Part shown: positions 38,379-47,670 of the stretch, one piece after another
Position numbering within the stretch: position 1 is the first letter of the stretch
Layout: each line of letters begins with the position of its first letter
Assembly (NCBI GenBank): GCA_965215505.1
Contig: OZ244065.1
Location: 6,016,001 to 6,080,000, forward strand
DNA from: Capsulimonadaceae bacterium
GTDB lineage: Bacteria; Armatimonadota; Armatimonadia; Armatimonadales; Capsulimonadaceae
Direction: 5' to 3'
DNA length: 64,000 bases
Notes under the pieces: generated by a model
What the model was told of the DNA's origin: nothing
The model's database searches: none
What the model saw: only the letters and a program-made list of their open reading frames with translations
Translations under genes and position numbers: made by a program

Positions 38379-38855
38379 ATGAACTATCAGGATAACCCAG
38401 AACGAGACCGGTTGACGCGGCAGATTCTGAGCGCAGACACCCTGCCGGAAATCCATGCCGCCCAGGCGGCGCTGCGCCTCTGGCGCGAGCGTTACCCGGA
38501 GGACTGGGGCATCCTGGACGCCGGAGAGCAGTTGTCGCTGATAGAGGATGCCCTCCTGGAAGACGACTCACCCCCCGGTCAGTCGCCCTCCTGGACCGAG
38601 CGGCAGCGCCTGGAGTATCAGGTCATTGGTGCCCGGACCTTGCCGAAGATCGCCGCCGCACGCCCTGCCCTGCGTCAATGGGCAGAACGCCACCCTGAAC
38701 ACGGGCAGGACGAGCTACTGGAAACGCTTTTCCTACTGCTGGATGTTGTGGAAGAGAGCCAAGGCGGAGGCCCGTTCGCCGACAAACAGGAGGCGCGGGA
38801 GCTGGTCGGGCAGGCCGTGTGGGCGGGCCGGAAACCCTCGTCCCGCGAGTTTTGA
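38379..38855 (+). CDS. Hypothetical protein with an internal tandem domain duplication
   Basis: GAGGGG SD; two copies of R.RL..Q...A.TLP.I.AA..ALR.W.ER.PE. Confidence 0.65.
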   Translation: MNYQDNPERDRLTRQILSADTLPEIHAAQAALRLWRERYPEDWGILDAGEQLSLIEDALLEDDSPPGQSPSWTERQRLEYQVIGARTLPKIAAARPALRQWAERHPEHGQDELLETLFLLLDVVEESQGGGPFADKQEARELVGQAVWAGRKPSSREF

Positions 38856-38857
38856 GG

Positions 38858-39535
38858 ATGTCAATCAAGCAAATCTTTATGCCGATATTGGGCCGGGATT
38901 TCCCCCTGGCTCATGTGGAGGAGAGTGATGGGCGTTTGGTCATACGCCAGTCCAACGGCCCGGCCCTTCGCAATTTTCGCAACACATTTCTCACGTTCGG
39001 TGGGAGTGCAGTCTCCTTCCTCGTCTACTATGCGCTCTTTCCAAAAGCCGTACACGATTGGTTTCATGGCATGTCAGCTTCCGGGTCGCCCGTCGGCCCC
39101 CTTGTTTTCCTGTGCTTTCCGATCGTAGCAATGGGGTTCCAGTCGGTCAACCGGCTTTTCGGGAAAGAGACTTTCGTCTTCGACAGGAACCAAGGCGTCT
39201 TTATCCGCAATGGGTATACAGTCGGGCCGCTACGGAACATCCGGGCGGTCACGGCGCAAATCACAGGCGGGGCGCAGGGGCAATACCCGATGTTCCGACT
39301 CATCCTGGAACTGCCGCGTTGCGAGACAGTAACAATCGTGAGGACGCACGACATCCCGAACGAGCGAGAGTTTCGCCTCAGCGGCAACGGCTTCAGCGAC
39401 CCGAACAAACGGTTCGCCATGTTCACGCCGTGGCTAGACTATGACGAGCAGAACTTGGTTCCGTTTCTCCCGCAGGAGATCGTGGAGCTGCGCGAGAAGA
39501 TATTGCAGTATGTTGGCGAACAGGCGAAGTGCTGA
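38858..39535 (+). CDS. Hypothetical two-TM membrane protein
   Basis: ATG 2 nt after the previous stop; two TM segments. Confidence 0.6.
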   Translation: MSIKQIFMPILGRDFPLAHVEESDGRLVIRQSNGPALRNFRNTFLTFGGSAVSFLVYYALFPKAVHDWFHGMSASGSPVGPLVFLCFPIVAMGFQSVNRLFGKETFVFDRNQGVFIRNGYTVGPLRNIRAVTAQITGGAQGQYPMFRLILELPRCETVTIVRTHDIPNEREFRLSGNGFSDPNKRFAMFTPWLDYDEQNLVPFLPQEIVELREKILQYVGEQAKC

Positions 39536-39741
39536 GATCGTTCATGCCCCTCTGCCATGAAATGCCCTGCCTGCTGACCCGTAGCGGCGCTGACGGTCGG
39601 CTTCAATCTAGACATCTACCATCTGGCGTAGATGGCGGAAGCCGCTGATGAACCTCTGGCCCTTTAGCCCCGTATGTCAGGTATAATGACCCGGCTGCCT
39701 GAACAGGCTTGGCACTAATTTTTGGGGAGAATACTCAGAAC

Positions 39742-40782
39742 ATGAAGATCGGTATGCTGACCGGCGGCGGCGACTGCCCCGGCTTGAACCCGGCCATCCG
39801 CGGGGCCGTCCTGCGCCTGCTGGACTACGGCGATGAGGTCATCGGCTTCACGCAGGGCTGGAAGGGTCTCGTCGAAGGCAACACGGAGCCGCTGACGCTG
39901 GAACGGGTCGAGGGCATCATTGACCAGGGCGGGACCATCCTGCGCTCCTCGCGCACCAATCCGTTCGCGCCGGGCAAAGAAGCCCAGCTTGAGGCCGTGC
40001 TTGCCAACATCAAGAAGTTCGAACTCGACGCATTGGTTGCGCTGGGCGGTGAAGACACCCTAGGAGTCGCCTCCAAGCTGTACACGCAGCACGGGGTCAA
40101 GACGGTCGGCGTTCCTAAGACGATGGACAACGACCTGAGCCTGACCGACTACACCTTTGGCTTCGACTCGGCCGCCTCGGTCGCCCTGGACTCCATTGAC
40201 CGTCTGCGTGACACAGCCAAGTCGCACGACCGCGTCATCGTCGTCGAGATCATGGGCCGCCACGCCGGCTGGATGGCGCTGTGGTCGGGCGTCGCGGGCG
40301 GCGCGGACTGGATTCTGATCCCCGAAGTCCCCTTCGACATGGACGCCATGTGCGCCCACCTGAAGGCGAACTACGCGCGTGGCAAGACCCATGGCATAGT
40401 GGCAGTCAGCGAGGGCGTCGAGATCCCCGGCGCGCAGAAGGCCGACGATGCCGCCCTGGACGCCTTCGGGCATCATCAGCTCGGCGAAGTCGGCATCGGG
40501 CCTGCCGTCGCCAAGGAGATCGAGAGCCGGACCGGCATACCGACCCGCAGCGCAGTCCTGGGCCATGTCGTGCGCGGCGGCTCGCCGACCCTCTTCGACC
40601 GCATCCTGGGAACGCGCGTCGGCATCAAGGCCGCCGAGCTTGTCCACGAAGGCGACTTCGGCAAGATGGTCGCCTTGCAGGGCACGGAGATCGTCGCCGT
40701 CCCCATCCAGGACGCCGTCAAGCAGTGGAAATTGGTTTCCCAGGCCCTCTATGACGAGTTCGTGACGACCTTCAACAAGTAG
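39742..40782 (+). CDS. pfkA: 6-phosphofructokinase, group III, probably PPi-dependent
   Basis: TGGGDCPGLN, GGTIL, GGEDT, PKTMDND, TFGFDSA, EIMGRHAG. Confidence 0.9.
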   Translation: MKIGMLTGGGDCPGLNPAIRGAVLRLLDYGDEVIGFTQGWKGLVEGNTEPLTLERVEGIIDQGGTILRSSRTNPFAPGKEAQLEAVLANIKKFELDALVALGGEDTLGVASKLYTQHGVKTVGVPKTMDNDLSLTDYTFGFDSAASVALDSIDRLRDTAKSHDRVIVVEIMGRHAGWMALWSGVAGGADWILIPEVPFDMDAMCAHLKANYARGKTHGIVAVSEGVEIPGAQKADDAALDAFGHHQLGEVGIGPAVAKEIESRTGIPTRSAVLGHVVRGGSPTLFDRILGTRVGIKAAELVHEGDFGKMVALQGTEIVAVPIQDAVKQWKLVSQALYDEFVTTFNK

Positions 40783-40832
40783 GGAATAGCCCCCCAGCCC
40801 TGTCATAGAGGCTGGGGGGCTGATCGTTTATC

Positions 40833-41822
40833 ATGCCCCTCGACATCATCACACTGGGCGAGGCCTTGATTGACCTGCCCGCCACCCAATCCGGCGTCTC
40901 GCTCGCTGACGCGCCCGGCTTTGCCAAAGTCCCCGCCGGGGCACCCGCCAATGTCGCCGTGGTCGCCGCCAAGCTGGGCCTGGGAACGGCCTTCCTCAGC
41001 AAAGTCGGCGATGACCCCTTCGGCGAGAGCATCATCCGCACCTTCGCCGGGCTGGGCGTAGACACCACCCGCGTCATCAAAGACAAGGCGGCACGGACGG
41101 GCCTCGCCTTCGTCTCCGTCATGCCCGACGGCAGCCGCGACTTCCTGTTCTACTTCGACCCCGCCCGCGACCTCGCCCTGCGCCCGGACGAGATGGACTT
41201 CGGCTGGCTGGACACCGCCCGCGTCCTCCACTACGGCAGCATCTCCCTGATCGCCGAGCCGAGCCGCAGCGCGACACTGGCCGCCGCCGGGAACCTGATC
41301 GGGGCGGGGACTGCCCTCTGCTCCTACGACCCGAACCTGCGCCCGTGGCTCTGGCCGGACGCCAAGGCCATGCGCGGCGGCGTCCTGCTCGGCTTCACCG
41401 TCGCCGACGTGGTCAAGATCAGCGTGGACGAGCTGGTGTTCCTGGTCCCCGAGGCCGCCGATGAGGCCGCCGCCGTCGCCGCGCTGATGCAGGAGTACCC
41501 GCTGCGGCTCATCGCCGTCACGGAGGGCGCGCTGGGCAGCCGGGGCTACACCCGCGACGGTGGCTTCGCCGACGCGCCCGGCTTCGGCGTCAATTTCGTG
41601 GATGCGACCGGGGCGGGGGACGCCTTCACGGCGGGCCTCCTTGCTTACCTGCTGGATCAGGGGCCTGACGCGAACGCCACGCTGGACGGCTTCGCGCCGC
41701 ACCTCGCCGACGCACTGCGCTACGCCAATGCCTGCGGCGCGCTGGCGACGACGTATTTAGGGGCCACGCCGCACGGCCTGACGCCGCAGACGGTGCAGGC
41801 CCTCTTGGAGACGACAGCATGA
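40833..41822 (+). CDS. PfkB-family carbohydrate kinase (fructokinase-like)
   Basis: GEALID, GAPANVA, VGDDPFG, YDPNLR, DATGAGDAF. Confidence 0.9.
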   Translation: MPLDIITLGEALIDLPATQSGVSLADAPGFAKVPAGAPANVAVVAAKLGLGTAFLSKVGDDPFGESIIRTFAGLGVDTTRVIKDKAARTGLAFVSVMPDGSRDFLFYFDPARDLALRPDEMDFGWLDTARVLHYGSISLIAEPSRSATLAAAGNLIGAGTALCSYDPNLRPWLWPDAKAMRGGVLLGFTVADVVKISVDELVFLVPEAADEAAAVAALMQEYPLRLIAVTEGALGSRGYTRDGGFADAPGFGVNFVDATGAGDAFTAGLLAYLLDQGPDANATLDGFAPHLADALRYANACGALATTYLGATPHGLTPQTVQALLETTA

Positions 41823-42571
41823 TTACGATTGACCTTGCCGGAAAGAACGCGCTTGTCACGGGCGGGACGCGCGGCATCGGGCGGGCCATCAGCCGCCGCC
41901 TGGCCGAAGCGGGCGCGAACACCGCCGCCGTTTGGCGCGGCGACGCGGCGACCGCCGAGGCATCTCTCGCTGAACGGCAGGCGTTCGGCCTGGGCACACA
42001 CCGGAACTATCAGGCGGATATTGGCGAGGAGAGCCAGATTGACGAACTGATCGCGCAGTTCCGCGCCGACCATGACGACGGCTTGGACCTGCTCATCCTG
42101 AACGCCGGGATCGGCCTGGGCGGCAAGGTGACGGAGATCGAGCCGGCCCAATGGCGGCGGATGCTGGACGTGAACCTCGGCTCGGCCTTCCTGCTAACGC
42201 GCGGCCTCGTCCCTGTCATGCGCCGGGGCGGCTCCATCGTCGCCATCGGCAGCGGCTCTGGCCACGACCCCATCCCCGGCCTCGCCTTCTATGGGGCCTC
42301 CAAAGCCGCCCTCAACATGTTCATCGCCGATCTGGCCCAGGAAGTCGGGCCGGAGGGCATCCGCGCCAACGTCGTCTCGCCCGGCGGCACGGACACCAAA
42401 TTCCAGGGGAACGCGCCTTCTCCGAGCGTCAAGCAGGACGGCACGACTCATAATGCTTTGGGCCGTACCGGCGTCCCGGACGATGTCGCCGGGGCCGTCC
42501 TGTTCCTGTGCAGCGACCTCTCCGGATTCATCACCGGCCAGGCCCTCCGGGTGAACGGGGCGGCGCTTTAG
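41819..42571 (+). CDS. SDR-family oxidoreductase
   Basis: TGGTRGIG, LNAG, YGASK, NVVSPG. Confidence 0.9.
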   Translation: MITIDLAGKNALVTGGTRGIGRAISRRLAEAGANTAAVWRGDAATAEASLAERQAFGLGTHRNYQADIGEESQIDELIAQFRADHDDGLDLLILNAGIGLGGKVTEIEPAQWRRMLDVNLGSAFLLTRGLVPVMRRGGSIVAIGSGSGHDPIPGLAFYGASKAALNMFIADLAQEVGPEGIRANVVSPGGTDTKFQGNAPSPSVKQDGTTHNALGRTGVPDDVAGAVLFLCSDLSGFITGQALRVNGAAL

Positions 42572-42598
42572 GCCCATATTCACGCACGGGTAGCGATC

Positions 42599-42964
42599 AT
42601 GGCCGAAATCGTTCTATATAGAGGCAAACAGTACTACGGGGTCTTTCGCCAATTAGATGTACTTCTGGACGGGGTCAAAGTGGGGAGCGTGTCGTATAAC
42701 CAAAGCAAGTCGTTCCCCATCAGCGGTGGGCGGCACGAGTTATCAGTCAAGATGGACTGGTGCGTCAGTCCGCCGTTCGTCTTCATGGGGAGAGACGGCT
42801 CGGTGGCTGAATTCGAGTGCGGATGCAATTTCGGGCCGCTCGGGGCATTGCTGGGTGTCCACGCCAACAGCCATGACTTCTTCTACATCCGGGCAATCAG
42901 CCCTTTAGAGGCGGGCGAAGGCATATGGCCTCCTGCACCGAGCGACTCACCGCCGACGTTCTGA
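42599..42964 (+). CDS. Hypothetical protein with C-terminal EGIWPPAP
   Basis: LDGVKVG..GRHEL..KMDWC beta-sandwich-like pattern; lower GC. Confidence 0.65.
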   Translation: MAEIVLYRGKQYYGVFRQLDVLLDGVKVGSVSYNQSKSFPISGGRHELSVKMDWCVSPPFVFMGRDGSVAEFECGCNFGPLGALLGVHANSHDFFYIRAISPLEAGEGIWPPAPSDSPPTF

Positions 42965-43084
42965 CCTCGCCGCAGGCATTGCCGGGCGGACTGATGAGCA
43001 AACAAGGCAGCGGCCCCATTTCTAGGGAGCCTAGGGAGCCGTTGCCCTTCTATGTTATGCCGTTTGCCACACTAGGCAAAGCCT

Positions 43085-44110
43085 CTACAGTCCATCGTAC
43101 TTGGAGTAGCCGCGCTCGGCCCAATAGTCGGGCGGTTCGTTCTCCATATACTCGATGCCGGTGATGGCCTTGATGTTCTTCAGGCCCAGCTTCATCGGGA
43201 CCAGCAGGCGCAGGGGGGCACCGTGTTCCACGGTCAGCGGGACCATTTGCAGGCTCGCGTCGTTTTGGTGGGTCGCCAGCAAGGTCTGCGGGTGCTGGGC
43301 GGTGGGCAGATCAATCGAGACGTAATAGGGGTCCGAGTTGCCGTCGCTGTCCAGGTTGACGCTTGACGTCAGGCTCACCCATTTCGTACCCGGCTTCGGC
43401 GGGTAGGCTTGCAGGAAGTCCGCGAAGCGCATGCCGCCCCAGCCGGCAATCATGCTCCAGCCCTCGACGCAGACTAGGCGGGTCGTCTGGTCCAAGCGCC
43501 CGAACTGCTCGGTCATGCGCGCGATCATGGGGGCGGTCAGATGCTCCTCTTTGCCCGACGCCAGCCCCTTGACGGTCAAGGTCCAGTCGGCCAGATAGGT
43601 GGAAGGGTCGGGCGTCTGGCCGTCGTAGTTGTTGCGAAGCTCCCGCGACGCCTGCGAAAGATCATAGGTCGGTACGAGGCGGTCGGGCGAGTAAAGCGCG
43701 GCCGCCACGTCGTCGTCGAAGGTCAGGACGCGGCTCAGGAGCCGCTGTTTGGCCGGGTCGGGCGTGGCGGGCGGCTTGATGCCGAGACGGGTGCGCGTCT
43801 CATCGGGCAGCACCCACAGGAACCCGGCGGCGAGGGCGGCGACGCCCGCGCCGTAGATCAGGAAGTCACGGCGGGTCTGCGCCTTGATCTTGCCGTCCGG
43901 GACGAGGAGGCGGGGCGGGGGCGTCTCGGCCAGTCGCCCCGGCTTCTCGTCTGGGTCCGGCGGCAGGGCGGCGGCTTGCGCCTCCGGGGCGAGGCGTCGG
44001 CCCCGAGGCTGCCGCGCCCGCAGGGTGTCCAGGCGGTCTACCAGGTCGGTGCGCGCCAGGTGCGAGGCGTCCGGGGCCTTCGGTTCGGGGATCGGCTTCT
44101 TATTTGCCAT
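43085..44110 (-). CDS. Sulfite-oxidase-family molybdopterin oxidoreductase (MsrP-like)
   Basis: CVEGWS, HPQTLLA, HGAPLRL..PMKLG.KNIK; internal TRRDFL motif. Confidence 0.85.
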   Translation of the reverse strand: MANKKPIPEPKAPDASHLARTDLVDRLDTLRARQPRGRRLAPEAQAAALPPDPDEKPGRLAETPPPRLLVPDGKIKAQTRRDFLIYGAGVAALAAGFLWVLPDETRTRLGIKPPATPDPAKQRLLSRVLTFDDDVAAALYSPDRLVPTYDLSQASRELRNNYDGQTPDPSTYLADWTLTVKGLASGKEEHLTAPMIARMTEQFGRLDQTTRLVCVEGWSMIAGWGGMRFADFLQAYPPKPGTKWVSLTSSVNLDSDGNSDPYYVSIDLPTAQHPQTLLATHQNDASLQMVPLTVEHGAPLRLLVPMKLGLKNIKAITGIEYMENEPPDYWAERGYSKYDGL

Positions 44111-44954
44111 GACTCTGTCCTTCTACGCGGTCCGACCAGCCGACGATCATGGAGCGGAACGTGTCCCAGCCGTCGGCGAACACCAAAATCACATGGGGGA
44201 TGACGAAGGCCATGAACACCCAGGTCAGCCAGAAATGCCACACGCGGGCCAGGTCATAGCCGCCGAACAAGGCTTGCAGCCAGCCGAGCTGGTCCGGCTT
44301 GTGGATCGCCCAGCCCGTCAGCGCCGACAACGTCGCCATGACCGGCATGGAGAAGTAGGCCAGCCGCTGCAAGGCGTTATACTTGGTCTTCACCTCGGGG
44401 TGCGGCCACGGGCGGCGCGTCAGTTTGGCGAGCGGCAGGCCGACATAATAGATCTGCATCCGGACGGCGTTCTTGAGGTCGCCGCGCCGAGGCAATAGGG
44501 CCTTGTAGCCGCCGCCCAGACCCAGGCCGACGAGGTACAGGACGCCGATCGCGATGAACAGGTAGGCGAATATCCAGTGGATGTTCAGAGCCTCCGCCAG
44601 TATCCCCGTCCCCAGGCTGAAGTGGTCGTAGAACCAGTTCGTGTTATAGTGCCCGGCGGGCGTGTTTGCGTCCACCCACGAGTCGGACGTCCCGTAAGAC
44701 TGACGCCAGGGTTCGTGCCGTGCCACCCAAAGGCCGATGTCGGCCAGGTAGTCGGTGCTGCCGCCCGTCGCTTCGTGGGGTTCATGGTGGTAGACCGGCG
44801 CGGCCCAGTAGATAGAAATGCCCGACAGGGCCAGCCCCAGCAAGGCCGGGATGTTCGCCCAGTGCGTCCAGCGCACCAGCCAGTGGTGCTTGCGGACGAC
44901 GGCCTTTTCCCCGCTTGAAGTCGCCGGATTCTTGTCCAGTGTTATGGTCGCCAC
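44100..44954 (-). CDS. Cytochrome b/b6-domain membrane partner of the molybdoenzyme
   Basis: VRWTHW, IHW, KYNALQRLAY, RVWHF, PHV. Confidence 0.85.
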   Translation of the reverse strand: MATITLDKNPATSSGEKAVVRKHHWLVRWTHWANIPALLGLALSGISIYWAAPVYHHEPHEATGGSTDYLADIGLWVARHEPWRQSYGTSDSWVDANTPAGHYNTNWFYDHFSLGTGILAEALNIHWIFAYLFIAIGVLYLVGLGLGGGYKALLPRRGDLKNAVRMQIYYVGLPLAKLTRRPWPHPEVKTKYNALQRLAYFSMPVMATLSALTGWAIHKPDQLGWLQALFGGYDLARVWHFWLTWVFMAFVIPHVILVFADGWDTFRSMIVGWSDRVEGQSHGK

Positions 44955-45000
44955 GGTTTGGCCTCTTGTTCTCTAATCGCGCTTCCTAGAACGGCTCCGG

Positions 45001-45155
45001 TTTTGAAGAAAGGTCCGCGACCGAAGGCCGTAGGGGTGAACCTTGTGTTCGCCCTTCTGGGCGGCGAACGCCGTTTCCCGTATCCTCTGTTCCTATCTGT
45101 TCTTCAGTCGCGGGGCGACTCTCATTCAACAGTAGGCCGGCACTTCTAGTGCCGG
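45001..45155. repeat. Degenerate REPIN-like element, family B copy 2, with internal GTAG REP at 45030..45054
   Basis: tcattcaacagtaggccggcacttctagtgccgg matches the right end of 24302..24493. Confidence 0.6.
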
Positions 45156-45230
45156 ATCCAGACTCAAAAGCTGGCTACAATAGTGTTACAAATCAGGCCA
45201 GGGGAAAGTTCCGTGCGCCATCATTTGGAC

Positions 45231-45263
45231 AAAAAAGCCCCGAAGGAACACTCCTCCGGGGCC
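45231..45263 (-). terminator. Intrinsic terminator after the minus-strand SDR gene
   Basis: On the minus strand gccccggagg..ccttcggggc followed by TTTTTT. Confidence 0.7.
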
Positions 45264-45291
45264 GCCAAAGTTACCGTCTTGAACCACGCCG

Positions 45292-46026
45292 TCAGGCCAG
45301 CGGCTCCGCCATAGTCCGCATCTGGATCTCGATGATGCGCGAGCCGGCGGACTGTGTGCAGGCCAGCAGGACGGCGTCCGCGACGTCTTCCGGGGTCAGC
45401 ATCCCCGACTCGGCCACGCTCTGCTCCGTGCGGCCCTTGCCTAAGGCGAACTCGGTCTTGACGCCGCCGGGGCAGATGAGGCCGACCTTGATGCCCTGCC
45501 CGCGAAGCTCCCGGTCCAGGGCCTGCGCGAAGCCGACCTGCGCGAACTTCGTGGCGCAATAGACCGCCTCGCCCGCGAAGCCGTACAGGCCCGCCATCGA
45601 GGAGATCATCAGGACCGTCCCGGCCCCCTGCGCCAGCATCGTCGGCACCGCGTGGCGCGTGAAAAGGAACGTCGAGCGGACGTTGCTGTCCATCATCTCG
45701 TCGTAATCATCGGCGCTCGTGTCCACGAGGTTCTTGTAGTTGCCGACGCCCGCGTTGTTGATTAGGATGTCGAGCCGCCCGAACGTCTCGGACGCCGTCG
45801 CCGCCGCCTGCCGGGCCGTCTCCTCCTCGCGCGCATCCCCGATGACCAGGGAGGCGTCACCGCCCAATGCCCGCACCTCTTCCGCCAGAGATTCCAGCCG
45901 CTCGCGCCGCCGCGCCGTCAGGATCAGTGAGGCCCCCTCCGCCGCCAGAGCGCGCGCACACGCCTGACCGATCCCCGCACTCGCCCCCGTGATCAGGGCC
46001 ACTTTTCCTGCCAATCGTTCTGCCAT
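45292..46026 (-). CDS. SDR-family oxidoreductase
   Basis: TGASAGIG, INNAG, YCATK, CPGGV; GGAGGG SD. Confidence 0.9.
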   Translation of the reverse strand: MAERLAGKVALITGASAGIGQACARALAAEGASLILTARRRERLESLAEEVRALGGDASLVIGDAREEETARQAAATASETFGRLDILINNAGVGNYKNLVDTSADDYDEMMDSNVRSTFLFTRHAVPTMLAQGAGTVLMISSMAGLYGFAGEAVYCATKFAQVGFAQALDRELRGQGIKVGLICPGGVKTEFALGKGRTEQSVAESGMLTPEDVADAVLLACTQSAGSRIIEIQMRTMAEPLA

Positions 46027-46103
46027 GAGTTCCCTCCGCTTTCGCCGTTTACTGCGGGTTACTATCCCCGGCCCGCCCCCGGCGGAAACTTCAGGGGGGA
46101 TGC

Positions 46104-46709
46104 TTAGGCGAGGGCGACCGCGTCTACCCGGCCACCCAGGCCGAGCTGGGCGAGGTGCTGGTGCGCCACCGCGCAGTACCGCGTCACGTCCTGGTGGGCA
46201 CGCGCGAGCAGCATCGCCCCCTCCACGCCGGACAGGAACGCCTCCGCCTGCGACCGGGGCGAACCCTCGAAACGGAGGGTCCCGGCCTCGCGGCCTGCCG
46301 TCAGCGCTTCGGCCAGCCAGCCCTCGTTCTCGGCGAAGAAGGCCTGGACCTCCGCCTGCACCGTCTTTGGCAGGCACACCAGGTCCAGCGCCAGCGCGCC
46401 GCAGAGGCACATGCGGTTTCCATCGCGCAGCATATCGCGGCAGACGTGCGCGTACCCGATCAGCTTCTGATCCGGCCCGTCCGCGACTAGGTCAAGGAAT
46501 GCCCGCCGGCGGCCGATCTCTTCCCGATAGCGCACGACCAGGGCGAGGCACAGGTCGGCCTTGCCAGGAAAATAGTGATGGATGCTGGCCTTCCGCAGTC
46601 CGACCTTATCCGAGATGTCCGCGTAACTGAACCCGTTGTAGCCGCGCGTCTGGACCATCCTCTGCGCGGCATCCAGTATCTGAGTCGCGACGCTCGCTTT
46701 TTCCGCCAT
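46104..46709 (-). CDS. TetR-family regulator (NemR-like)
   Basis: GYNGFSYADI..KASIHHYFPGK, MCLCGAL; GGAGG SD. Confidence 0.9.
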   Translation of the reverse strand: MAEKASVATQILDAAQRMVQTRGYNGFSYADISDKVGLRKASIHHYFPGKADLCLALVVRYREEIGRRRAFLDLVADGPDQKLIGYAHVCRDMLRDGNRMCLCGALALDLVCLPKTVQAEVQAFFAENEGWLAEALTAGREAGTLRFEGSPRSQAEAFLSGVEGAMLLARAHQDVTRYCAVAHQHLAQLGLGGRVDAVALA

Positions 46710-46785
46710 TTCCACAGTTCCTCCCGGTGTCACCCGTAAGCATACCCGATGGGGGATGAAAAATGTCAACAAAAGGCGACTTTCT

Positions 46786-46828
46786 ACCTACTAGTAGGTT
46801 GACAACGCGAAAAGCGCGGTGGTATAAT
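46786..46828 (+). promoter_or_regulatory. Perfect 14-bp palindromic operator abutting a consensus sigma70 promoter for the osmC-like gene
   Basis: ACCTACTAGTAGGT (46786-46799), then TTGACA-N18-TATAAT; divergent TTGACA on the minus strand at 46764-46769. Confidence 0.75.
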
Positions 46829-46929
46829 GCCTGCGTTCCACCGGAACGGCTCGGCACAGACGCCGCGCCCCCGTTTCTCATGCCGACCATTTTCACGCCG
46901 AATGCATAAACTTCTCTGGAGGTATTCCG

Positions 46930-47490
46930 ATGCCGACTGCCGAACTGACCCCGACGACAGAGCTGAAGCCGACCGAAGCCCTGCGCCCCATTGACTGCAT
47001 GGGCCTGACCAAGCTCGTGGACAAGAACAAGGCCAACCCCGCCGGCGGCAAGGTGACGCTGCGCGCGACCACCATCACCGAAGGCCAGATGCGGAACCTG
47101 ACCTACATCCGCGACCTCGCCCCCACCGTCATTGACGAGCCGCCGCACCTGCTGGGCGAGAACACCGCCCCGAACCCGTCCGAGGCCGTCCTGGCCGCGC
47201 TCGGTGCCTGCCTCGCGGTCGGCTATGTGGCGGGTGCCAGCCATGTCGGCATCGTCCTCAGCGCCGTCAAGATCGAGATGGAAGGCGACATTGACGTCTC
47301 CGCCGTCTGGGGGCTGGGCGACGTTCCCGAGGACAAGGTCGCCGGCTTCACGGCCATCCGCGTCAAGGCGCACCTCGAAGGCAACGCCTCCCGCGAGCAG
47401 TTGGACGAGATCGTCCAGAACGCCAACCGCTGGTCTCCGGTGGCCTCTACACTCCGCAACAACGTCAAGGTCACGGCCGAGCTGGCCTGA
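46930..47490 (+). CDS. OsmC-family protein
   Basis: DEPPHLLGENTAPNPSEAVLAALGACL, WSPVASTL. Confidence 0.85.
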   Translation: MPTAELTPTTELKPTEALRPIDCMGLTKLVDKNKANPAGGKVTLRATTITEGQMRNLTYIRDLAPTVIDEPPHLLGENTAPNPSEAVLAALGACLAVGYVAGASHVGIVLSAVKIEMEGDIDVSAVWGLGDVPEDKVAGFTAIRVKAHLEGNASREQLDEIVQNANRWSPVASTLRNNVKVTAELA

Positions 47491-47670
47491 CACACCCGCC
47501 CCCTCCCGCCCCCGATGCCGGGGGCGGGGGCCTTCCTCTCGGTCCCTGCCGCCCCGGTCACCGACGACCCTCCTCATGCGTTCCCAGCCTCGCACCGCCG
47601 CGCCGCTCCTGTTTGCCCGTCACGCCTCGGGCTGACGCCCGGTTCCGGGCCATAAGAATGGAGAAACGAC

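Noticed and set aside
39536-39700. Riboswitch or ncRNA upstream of pfkA
   Set aside because: A hairpin is possible at about 39598-39645, but it lies upstream of the TATAAT box and matches no aptamer consensus I can support; an Rfam scan would settle it
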